Shown here piece by piece: positions 53,245 to 64,000 of a stretch of DNA of 64,000 nucleotides. The notes beneath the pieces were generated by a model, which worked only from the letters and a program-made list of their open reading frames with translations, ran no database searches and was not told the DNA's origin. The position numbers and the translations under genes are program-made. Each line of letters starts with the position of its first letter. Positions within the stretch are counted from its first letter, which is position 1. This DNA comes from Okamejei kenojei (taxonomy: Eukaryota), in contig CM069160.1 in assembly GCA_035221665.1 (NCBI GenBank), positions 7,688,001 to 7,752,000 on the forward strand, read 5' to 3'.

Positions 53245-56200
53245 TTACTTCGGAGTCACGTGAGTGACTACGTGAAGACCCCGCCAGGACGCATGCGTGA
53301 CATATCGTCGAACGCATTGCGGAAGCGACAGTCGGGAGGAGCGCCGCTTTCTCCAGCGCGAGTTTTGAAAAATTACGGAAGGTAAGTCTTACCTTTTCTG
53401 GTGAGCGTGGTGACTCGGTGTGTTTCTTTTTCAGAACGGAGGAAGCACCATGGAGTCGCGCAGGGGAGAGCAGCAGCTGATACCGCTGCTGTGGAAGCAG
53501 CCAGCAGCGTGCCGTCTCTCCAGAGCTGCAGGTGCTGCCAGCAGCTCCCGGCTTCTCGCCGCTACAGACCGCAGGTGCGCCGCGGTCGGCGGCAAAACCA
53601 CCCGGAAGTCGGACAGGTCCGTTGACTCGGCTGGGTCCGGACCTGAAGACACCCCGTTCACGGATAGCGACGGCGGGCGTCTTTCCCGCGGGAGCGGGTG
53701 GGGAGCAGTGCTCCAGCGTGACCTGATTATGCAGGGGCAGAGTCACAGTGGGTTTCCTCGCAGACCCACGGCAGCATCCTTTCAAGGACTGCCAAATGTC
53801 TCACCCTCTTCGCAGGGGAGCATTAGGGGTCAGAGCTGGGCTGACCCTGAAGAAGGGGCAATGGCTGAACAGTCAGCTGTGAGGGGTGCCAGAAGAGAGA
53901 GCAGCAGAAGATTGTGGGACACATGCTGTATCAACTCAAGAAGGACTGCCTATACAAAGCTGCAAGCCAGTACAAAATACATGGCTACAAAACAGTTACA
54001 GGAGCAAGCCAGTAACTTTATGGCTGGGAAGTACATTGCTCCAGAGAACTCCATTTCTCTAAAGTACCAGCATCTATGACCCCATCTGGGGCAACAGGAG
54101 CCCAGAGGAAACTGCTGGCTGCTAAAATCACAGCAGTACCAGGACAACTGATGGGGTTGATTTGCCTGAAGAGGTACGTGATGCTCTAGCAGACTGTGTA
54201 ATACTCAGTGGAGATTAACAGTTTACAGGAAGAGCATCATCAAGAAGTGCGGAATTATGCAAGACAAGTAGCACACAGGCGCCAAAATTGCTGTTGGGGG
54301 ACCTCCCGAAGCAGGTGAAACACCTGCATGAGGAAGCCAAGGCTATAGGCCTGATCAAGGTGCCAAGCACCTCTAAAACCCACTATCAACAGCGGCAGCA
54401 CCCCTACACACCCACCAGACATCGGTGCTATGGAAGACCATCTGGTGTGAAAGCTCGAAGGCCGGCCCACCTGCACAGCGGTCTTTCAGACCATGGCCCA
54501 GCCCGGCCTTCATGGAAAATGCGCCAAAAACCCCACAACGCAGCAACACAATACCAGAAGGAACAACTGCGGAGACAACCCACACAACACCGGTAACCAT
54601 GGAGGTAGGTGGGTCTGGTTGTCTTAAAAAACATTGCATGTCCGATTCATCAAAAGTTGGGGGACGGTTGCACTTGTTCATCATGTGTGCTGCACTTTTA
54701 CCTCTGAACTTTTACATACTCGGAAGTATTCAGAATTACAAAATTGAATTTGTATACGAACTACCGTCCCAGTTCAGCATACGCCTAGCAGGAAGTTCAT
54801 ACTTCACAAAAAGAGAGAACAGCAGGCCATGCTGAACTGTTAAGACTAAACACAAAAGGGATTGAGAAAACAATCAGCGAATTTCAAGAGTTCGTATCAA
54901 ATATATTTATAAAAACTAAAAAGATGGTGGTTGCCGTATCATTACAGATTTGACCGAACTAAATACTTCCGTTCAGTATGCCCATTTCAAAATAGACACG
55001 TTTGTCACACACAGGGTCATCGTAAATACCTGAAATTTATCTGGATGGGACAGCAATGGCAGTATGCCTTATCCAATGGGTTGTCATCAGCACCCAGGCT
55101 ATTACAAATTCATTAAAACCAGCTTTAAGCATACTTAAAGAAACATAACCATATCGTCATGGCTTACCTTGATGATATTCTCATTGTAGGTGAAAATTGG
55201 AGCTGGCTACATTGGTGGTATCAGCCACAACACAGAGATTTAACGTACATCCAGATAAGTCAAAATTGGAACCCTCCACTACCATGGATTATTTTGGGGT
55301 TCACTATTGACTCTGTTCATATGTCTATCACCTTGCCACCAACAAAGTGACAGACTTGATGGGAGTATGCAAAAGCCTCACTGGCATCAGGGAACCATCC
55401 ATTCGGCAAGGAGCAAGAGTGATTGGGAAATTGGTGGCTGCGTTCCCAGCAGCACAATTGGACCACTCCATTATTAAAACCTGGAAGAGGGAAATGTTAG
55501 CTCTCAAAAATCATGCAGGCCATTTCAATAGGCCTATGCAACAACCAGGGAAAGTAAATCAGAATTAAACTGGTGGATAGAAATGTTCAATATTATCCTA
55601 ACCCCATCACCCTATTCTACATCCCTAGGGTACATTACAGACTGATGCCAGTGCTAAAGGTTGGGGAGCAACTAATACCACCGCAAGTTGTGGTGGCAGA
55701 TGAGTGCACAAAAATTATTCTGTTTAAAGCACTAGCAATTAATTATCTAGAAATGCTGGGAGCGTTTCATGGACTCAGGGCCTACTGCTCAGATGAGCAC
55801 CAGTGCATGTACGGTAACAAATTGATACCACAGTGGGGGGCCTATATATAATCATATGGGTGAAATAAAGTCGATATCATGTGATGAATTGCCTAATAAT
55901 ATCTGGCACTGGTGTCTGGAGAGAGATTTGGATCTCAACCACTTACCTTCCAGGTAAGCTAAATACAGTGGCAGACACCAGGTTCACGTAAATTCAACGA
56001 CAACATTAAATGGATGTTGGATCGGAAAGTGTTTTACAGATATTTATAGACCGGTATGGGACACCAGATATCGACCTTTTTTCCATCCAGACTAATTCAC
56101 CAACTGCCAACATATGTTGCTTGGGAACCAGACCCAGGGGCAGCAGCGATGGACGATTTCTCGCTGCATTGGGGGGGGGGGGATTTGTTTTGCTATGCAT

Positions 56201-57840
56201 TTTCCCCTTCTGCCTCATCAGGCGAGTCTTACAATAATTAAACAAGACGCCGCAACGGGTACCATGGTTTCCCAACAGTACAAAGATGGTCCTCAGAACC
56301 CTGCTAACTGGATCAACAACGGCCAAGGAGGTTGGCACACCCGTGCGGGAAAGTATCCGTGCCATGACTGTATGAACTGTTGATTTGCAGTTTCTGAACA
56401 GCCATTTCTGGGATACGGACTCTCCGACAGGACGATCAATGCCATCTCAGCGTCGTGCAGGGAGTCCATGAGAACACAGTACCTGACATATGTCAGGAAA
56501 TGGGAAGTGTTCAGCACCAGGACGAACACTACACAATATGACTCAGCCACCAACACTGAAGTGCTGGAGTTCTGGCCACCCTTCATTTCGATGAAGGATT
56601 GAGTTACAGTGCCATTATTGTGCAAGGAGTGCCCTATCTAATATCTGGGCAGAGGGAGTGATCACTTGGCTATAGGATCACACCCACTAGTACCTATAAA
56701 CAAATGAGGGGTATTTGTACTCTATTCCCCCCAGGCCCAGATAACACCCATATATGGGACATAGGTAGTACACCATGTTACGAGGATGGACACCAATATC
56801 GGGGCTCACTCTGGACAAACTAAATATCCTAGATGGGAATGATTATGGCACTTGGATCAGCACAACGGGTCCAGTCCTTACACAAGCTAGTATAGGACGT
56901 CATGTCTGTCACAAATGGCAGATAACCTGCTACATACAGGGATACTTAAACAAGGACTGACCCGGTTCTTTGGCCAATATTAGAGTTCAGGCCTATCCTG
57001 CAGATAGTCGACCCTGCATAGTGACACATATTTTCCAATATATAGTCACCAAGACACTTATGGGCGCGGAGAGAGCTTTCTCATTAGCCCATAAATGCCC
57101 TCACCTAAGGTCACAGTGCAAACCCCCCCCATATCCAGATGGTTCGGGTGTTATTACGTTGCAGTGGTGAATACTAATGTTTCAAATCTCACTCCAACAG
57201 GGCTGCATTCTACATCGGACGCTAGGATGATGGGAGTTCCTATGGACCACATCCTTGCCACAGCGGGGTGGAGCAATGAACGCATTCAATGCTTTATAAT
57301 AAACCCGTGCCGATCTTGAGACATTTGCAGGGAAAAATTATGTTCTGTAAAATAAATTACCAATGTTGGGGCATATTATTTAGGTATGAATAATACCTTT
57401 ATTGTTTTTCAGCACTGTGTCGTGTGTGAAATCCGTTCATCCTCCGTCCCCAGAATGGCAGTGTGTGAGCATGGTCTCGTTCCAGGGCATGAAATCACAG
57501 AGCTTTGAAATCTTCACGTAGTCACTCACGTGACTCCAAAGTAAATAGTAAGATTAAATTGAGAACTTACCAGTTTGAAGTTTGATCTTTATTTATGAGG
57601 AGTTACGATGAGGGATTACGTGCCCTCCGCTCCCAAAACCCTCTATTATAAAGTTCAACTGGTATGGAAGTTCTCTCTTATCTTACTATATTAGTCTACT
57701 CTGGTATCTGTGATTTCACACCACTGCTTTGAAGAATGTCGCGCATGCGTCCTGGCGGGGTCTTCACGTAATCCCTCAACGTAACTCCTCATAAAATAAA
57801 GATCAAACTTCAAACTGGTAAGTTCTCATTTAATCTTACT
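53245..57840 (+). mobile_element. DIRS1-type tyrosine-recombinase retrotransposon, full structure, decayed ORFs
   Basis: ITR 53269-53297 / 57742-57770; ICR 57511-57622 complementary to both ends; ATT at both junctions. RT GLSSAPR and YLDD (55165); RNase H TDAS.KGWGA (55641); MT-like PDIDLF..YVAWEPDP; YR HILATAGWS. Confidence 0.95.
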
Positions 57841-59119
57841 ATTCCAGTGAATATAGGCCCAGTCGACCAATTCTTTCATCATATGTCAGTCCCGCCATCC
57901 CGGGAATTAACCTGGTGAAACTACACTGCACTCCCTCAATAGCAAGAATGTCCTTCCTCAAATTAAGAGAGCAAAGTTGCACACAATACTGCAGGTGTGG
58001 TCTCACCGGGGCCCTGTACAACTGCAGTAGGGCCTCCTTGCTCCAAAACTCAAATCCTCTTGCAATGAAGGCCAACATTCTTCACTGCCTGCTGTACCTG
58101 CATGTTTACATTCTGTGACTGATGTACAAGGACACACAGGTCTCGTTGCACCTCCTCTTTTCCTAATCTGACAACATTCAGACAGTAATCTGATTTCCAG
58201 TTCTTGCCACCAAAGTAGATAACCTCACATTTATCCACATTATACTGCGTCTACCAAGCTTCTGCCCATTCACCCAACCTATCCTAGTCACCCTGCAGCC
58301 TCATAGCATCCCCCTCGCAGCTCACACTGCCACCCAGCTTTGTGTCATTCGCAAACTAGCAGATGTTGCATTTAATTTCCTCAACTAAATGGTTAATATA
58401 TATTGTAAATATCAATATTTTGCCCTTGTTCCAATCGTACACTGGCACCTCCCACAACTCGTTCTCCGCTACATCAACGACTGCATCGGGGCCACCTCCT
58501 GCTCCCGTGCAGAACTCATTGATTTAATTAACTTCATCACTAACCCACCCCGCCCTCACATTCACCTGGACTTTCTGTGATGCCGCTCTCTCCTCTCGAG
58601 ATCTCTCTGTCTCCAACACTGGGGACAGATTATTGACTGATGTCTGCTGCAAACCTACCGATTCACACAGTTATCCCCAGTACACCTCCTCCCACCCTGA
58701 CTTTTGCAAATACGCTATTCCCTGCTCCCAATGTCTCTGCCTCTGCCTCATCTGGTCACAAGATGAGACTTTCCTTTCTAGGACATCCGAGATGTAATCG
58801 TGTTTGCCCCCGGCTGCCATAGGTGGATCCCTCACCCACATCTCCTCTGTGTCCTGTAGTTCTGCTCTCTGCCTTCCACACAGACCACTCCCTCTGCAAC
58901 TCCTTGCTTCACTCATCCCTTCCCACCCAGACCACCCCCTCCCCAGGTACCCCCCACCCCCTGCAACCGCCCTGTTGTGCCCTGACCTGTCCTTGCAGCT
59001 CTAATTAAATAAGGACACAACGATCACCGCCTCCAGTCTCTGGTAGCTCACTGGTATCTATAGATAATGGAAATAATTCTGCCAGAGCCCCTGCAATTCC
59101 TGCCCTAGCTTCCCACAAT

Positions 59120-59410
59120 TTAGTTTATCGTTTTAGAGATACACGCGGAAATAGGCCCTTCAGCCCATCGAGTCCGCACAGTCCAGCGATCCCCGCCCAC
59201 TCACACGATCCTACACACTAGGAACAATTACATTGACACTAAGCCAATTAACCTACAAATCTATTCGACTTTAGAGTGTGAGAGGAAATCGAAGATATCG
59301 GAGAAACCCCACACGGTCTTAAGGAGAACGTATAAACTCCGTACACATTGCACCCGTAGTCAGGATCGAACCCTGGCCTCTGTAAGATAGTAGCTCTACC
59401 GATGCGCCTC
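59120..59410 (-). mobile_element. tRNA-derived SINE (uninterrupted paralog of 16630-17890)
   Basis: B box GGTTCGATCC on minus at ~59363-59372. Confidence 0.75.
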
Positions 59411-60068
59411 CCAGTTTACAAGGATATATGTGAACCGGCCTTTAGGTATTTATCCACCTTAACATGCCATAAAAATAAAGAATGCAAAGTGCTGGAGTAG
59501 CTCAGCGGATCAGGCAGCATCACCGGTGAATATGGATCGCTAACGTTTCGATTCAAGACCCTTCTTCAGACAACATCGATACGTGACGTTTTGGATTGAG
59601 ATCATTCTTCAGACTCTCCAGAAGCTGCCTGACCTGCCGAGTTACTCCAGCACTTTATGTCCTCTTGTGTAATAACCAACCAGCATCTGCAGTTCTTTGT
59701 TTCTACAGCACCGCCTCTTTTATAATGTGGATTCATTCCAAGAAATGGCTGTTCATTTCCTGTAATTCTTGGCTTCTATGGCCTTCTGTACTGTAAATAC
59801 AGATGCAACCTCACCAATCTCCTGTGGATTCACACACATCCTGCACGGATTCTAATATCTCAAAAATTACCCATTTGCTCTTTACATACTTGTTGACACT
59901 CTCAGGATACGCCTTTAACTTATCTGCCAAATCCCTCATCTCCCTTATTTACCCGCCTGATCTCCCTGTTTCAATGTACCAGGAGTTATTATGCTGAGCC
60001 CAGCCCGACATTGCCCATCAGCCACTGTCGGGGACTGGGTTGGCAGCCCATCACTGCCCCTCACCCAC

Positions 60069-60110
60069 CTGCAGCCTGGGCTCCAGCCAGGAGGGCGAGC
60101 AGCCCCCGAC
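60069..60110 (-). pseudogene. MHC class I paralog exon 1 remnant lacking the ATG
   Basis: Minus strand GTCGGGGGC|TGCTCGCCCTCCTGGCTGGAGCCCAGGCTGCAG/GTGGGT; 38 bp including the ATG are missing relative to 15711-15790. Confidence 0.88.
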
Positions 60111-60391
60111 TGTTCAGGTTGCGGTGAGTTTGCGAGTCCGGGGCGCATGCGCATTCAGTCTGCTCCGCTCGCCCGCCCCTTTCGCCCCCGCACCCCGCGC
60201 TGATTGGTCGGCGCCGTGTCCGCGGCCAATCACAGTCCTGCCCGCCCGTGAGTCACCGGTCTCCGGGCAGAAGAGCCCCGTGAACTGATAAAAAATATCC
60301 CAGTCTGTCCAATCAGCAGCAGAGCTGCCGCCGCGTCACCGGTTGCCGGGTAGAGGAGAGCGCGGCAGGTTAGCTCATGAAACCGAAAGTG
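60111..60391 (-). promoter_or_regulatory. Paralogous MHC class I promoter (ISRE + both X-Y modules retained)
   Basis: TGAAACCGAAAGTG 60378-60391; S 60367-60371, 16 bp, X1 60337-60350, 20 bp, Y 60309-60316; second X-Y at ~60226-60267. Confidence 0.85.
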
Positions 60392-60419
60392 TGAAGCGGG
60401 AGAGAGAGGTGGGGCCCAC

Positions 60420-62660
60420 CGACAGACACAGGCCTGACACACAGACCCTGACACACAGACCCTGACACACAGACCGTGACACAAAATCAGACCGTGACAC
60501 AGACCTGACACACAGACCCCGACCACAGACCCCTGACACACAGACCGTGAGACCCTGACACAGACCCGAACACAGACCCCGAGACGACCACTGACCCTGA
60601 CACACAGACGTGACACACAGACCCTGACTGACCCTGACACAGACCCTGACACAGACCCTGACACACAGACCCTGACACACAGACCTGACACAGACCCTGA
60701 CACAGACCCTGACACACAGACCCTGACACACAGACCCCGACACACAGACCCCGACACACAGACCCCGACACACAGACCCTGACACACAGACACCTGAGAC
60801 ACAGACACACAGACCCTGACAACACACAGACCGTGACACAGGACCCTGGCACACAGACCCTGACACACAGACCTGAAACACAGGACCCTGACACACAGAC
60901 CCTGACACAGACCCTGGACACACAGACCTGAGACACACAGACCCTGATACAGACACACACAGACCCAGACACCAGACCCGACCACAGACCTGACACACAG
61001 ACCTGACCACAGACTACAGACACACCACAGAACTGGCACAGACCCTGACACACAGACCCCGACACACCCTGCCCGGACACACAGACTCTGAGACACAGAC
61101 CCTGACACACAGACCCGACACACAGACCCTGACACACAGACATAGACCTGACACTTCTGGCACTGACCCTGAGACACAGACCTGACACACAGACCCTGAC
61201 ACAGACCCTGACACACGGGACCCTACCCTGACACACACACAAAGACCCCGCACACAGACCCCGACACACAACACAGACCCTGACACACAGACCCTGACAC
61301 ACAGACCCCGACACACAGACCCCGAGACACACACGACCCTGAGACCCCGACACACAGACCCTGACACACAGACCGTGACACAGAGAGACACCTTGACAAC
61401 AGACACAGACCATGACACACAGACCCTGACACACAGACCGTGACACAGACCCTGACATTCACAGACCCTGACACACAGACCTGAACATCAATGACACACT
61501 GACACACAGACCTGACACACAGGACCCTGAGACACAGACCCAGACCCTGATACACACTGGCAGACCCTGACACCACAGACCCCGACACAGACCCTGACAA
61601 CACAGACCCTACACAGACCACAAGACCCTGACACACAGACCTGACACACAGACCCTTGACACAGACCTGACACAAACCTGAGACACAGACCCTGACCTGA
61701 CCACAGACCTGGACACACAGACACCATAGACCCTGAACACAGACTGACAACACAGACCAGACACAGACCCCGAACAGACACACAGTCCCTGACGCCGTGA
61801 CAGACCCCGACCCTGCACACAGACCCTGAGACCCCCGACACACAGACCCCGACACACAGACCCCGACACACAGAATCCTGACACAGACCCCGACACACGG
61901 GCCCCGACACACGACCCCGACACACAGACCCTGACACACAGACCGTGACACAGACCCTGACATCAAACCGTGACACACAGACCCTGACAACAGACCATGA
62001 CACACAGACCCTGACACACAGACCGTGACCCGACCCTGACATCAAAACCCAGACACACAGACCCTGACACAACAACCCTGATACAGACTCTGCAACACAG
62101 ACCTGACACACAGACCATAACACACAGACCTGAGACCATAGACCCCTACACACATGACCGTGAACACACGACCCTAACACACAGACCCTGACAAACACAG
62201 ACCCTGACACACAACCCTGACACACAGACTCTAGACACAGACCCTGACACACAGACCCAGTGACAAACCCAGACACACAGCCCTTTCACCACAGAGACCC
62301 TGACACACATGACCCCTGAGACAGACCCTGACACACTGACCCTGATAACCAGAGCACCCTGACACACAGACTCCTGAGGACACAGACCCTGACACACAGT
62401 CCCTGGACACAGACCGTGAGGACACAGACCCTGTACACACAGACTCCGACACAACAGACCCACACACACAGACCCCAGTACAGACCCTAGACCCACAGAC
62501 AGACACGACACAGACCAGACACACAGACTCTGACACACCAGACCCTGACAACAGACCCTGAGACACAGACCCTGACACACAGACCCTGACACACAGACCA
62601 TGATGACAGACCCTGACACACAGAACCCTGACACAACAGACCCTGACACACAGACCCAGC
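60420..62660. repeat. Inverted copy of the 14-bp minisatellite (ACACAGACCCTGAC)n
   Basis: About 2.2 kb versus about 1.1 kb in the left copy; more irregular. Confidence 0.95.
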
Positions 62661-63663
62661 AGAGAAACAAACTGTTTTAAACACATTGACGGGTCGGGTG
62701 GCATCTGTGGAGGAGAGGGGGGGTGGGGGATGGTTCATGTTCCGAGTCGCGGCCCTTGCTCGGGGGTTGAGGGGAGAGAGCCAGAACAACGAGGATAGAC
62801 ACAAAAACCTGGAGTAACTCAGCGGGTCAGACAGCATCTGAAGAAGGGTCTCGACCCGAAACATCACCTATTCCTTCTCTCCAGAGATGCTGCCTGACCC
62901 GCTGAGTTACGGCAGTTTTTTGTGTCTATATTCAGTTTAAAGCAGCATCTGCAGTTCCTTCCTACACTGTATAACGCGGGGATGGGGTGAGGTCGGTGCC
63001 GGCAGGTGACAGGAGGAACCGGGTGAGGAGAGACCGTATTCCTGGCCCTGTGACACGGGGCTGTGACTTGTTCCCTGTGTCCGGATCTGTTCCCGGTCTG
63101 TATTCCCCACCCTGGGACACGGAGCTCTGATGTTCTCTGCTTCCCTCGGCCGTGGCCGTGAGGGTTCGGGCGGAGAGCCCGCCCGGGAGGTTCACGATGG
63201 AGTGAACGGATCCGTGCCAGTCCGCGCTGACGGCGGAGCTTGTGGGAAGCGGCTGCCGGCGGCCAGGGAGAGGTTGATGGGCCGAATGGCCTGATTCCGC
63301 TCCTTTCACTTATGAACATGACTTCCCAACTCCTGTACTCAACACTTTGACTGATGAAGGCAAGCGTGTCACACGCCTCCTTCACCGCCCTGTCAACCTG
63401 TGTCGCCACCTGCATGGAACTATGTCCCTTCCCCCCCAGGTCTCTCAGTCCCACAACATTCCCCACAGCTCCAGCACTTACGCGTAAGTCCCGTCCCTCC
63501 ACCTTGCTACACCTTGTGTTTATTGTAATTAAACTCCACCTGCCATTCCTTGGCGCCAGTGTCGCAGGTGATCAAGATCCCATTGTAGATCACCTTCACT
63601 GTCCATCTGTGGAGAGAGAAACACAGGCCCTTCGACAGAAATTACATGAATGAAGATGGGTGC

Positions 63664-64000
63664 TGTGAGGTACGCGTTGTGCTCACAATCACTGCTCAAA
63701 GACTAAATCTTGGAAGCAAGAGTTTCTTTATTTTTCACAAATCTGCAGACCCGGGTGCCTCTCCAAGTCGAGACACACCGAAGCCAAAGAAGTCATCCCC
63801 CTTTATACACAGAATTTTACATTCAACCTCCCCTCCGGACCCTTCTCCAATCAGGGTCTGAGGTGCACAATCTGTAGGTACATCCCCCCAGTACCTCCCA
63901 CATCATACATCATGTCATGGTAATGAGCAGGTTTCTGACCAGGGGTGTGTTGGTAATATTCATTTTTTATTAAGCATGCTCAGTTGCTATGACCTACCCT
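63664..64000 (-). mobile_element. Probable LTR (same family as 28526-29169), runs off the window
   Basis: Starts TGTGAGG; colinear similarity with ~28526-28890. Confidence 0.65.

Larger units (their letters stand above)
37400..58440 (-). repeat. Inverted tandem array (~6 full or partial units) of the intron-1 mosaic, separated by (CA)n tracts
   Basis: Units at ~37.4-39.7, 40.4-42.7, 43.6-44.75, 45.7-48.63, 49.3-52.47 and 52.5-58.44 kb (last one split by DIRS). The first three are indel-rich. Confidence 0.85.

Noticed and set aside
53382-53434. GTAAGT...TTTTCAG mini-intron in the DIRS leader
   Set aside because: Only 53 nt, short for a vertebrate intron, and untestable here; the donor might pair with a distal acceptor.

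Overview
Eukaryotic genomic DNA, most likely from a cartilaginous fish such as a skate or ray (inferred from the repeat families and the MHC sequence). Nearly all ORFs in the supplied track are low-complexity or transposon noise. The real host gene is a split MHC class I heavy chain on +: leader exon 15724-15790, alpha1 exon 29262-29522 (intact) and alpha2 exon 29650-29929 (indel-ridden in a poor-quality stretch). No alpha3, TM or cytoplasmic exons are visible. Its TATA-less promoter has an ISRE followed by two tandem S-X-Y modules, each with 20-bp X-Y spacing. Two inverted S-X-Y + ISRE-like + NF-kB modules lie 9-12 kb upstream, and a kB/AP-1/ISRE cluster lies 5.7 kb upstream. The region from 12.9 kb to ~27 kb recurs in inverted orientation at ~37.4-63.7 kb, across a 500-N scaffold gap. 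That copy keeps the promoter but has lost the ATG through a 38-bp deletion. Intron 1 of both copies is inflated by tandem amplification of a ~3.2-kb nested Penelope/CR1 mosaic carrying minimal hammerhead-ribozyme motifs. The inverted copy also holds a structurally complete DIRS1-type retrotransposon (ITRs, ICR, ATT target). Parts of 0.7-6.7 kb and 27-45 kb look like poor consensus sequence, so copy numbers and frameshifts there are uncertain.
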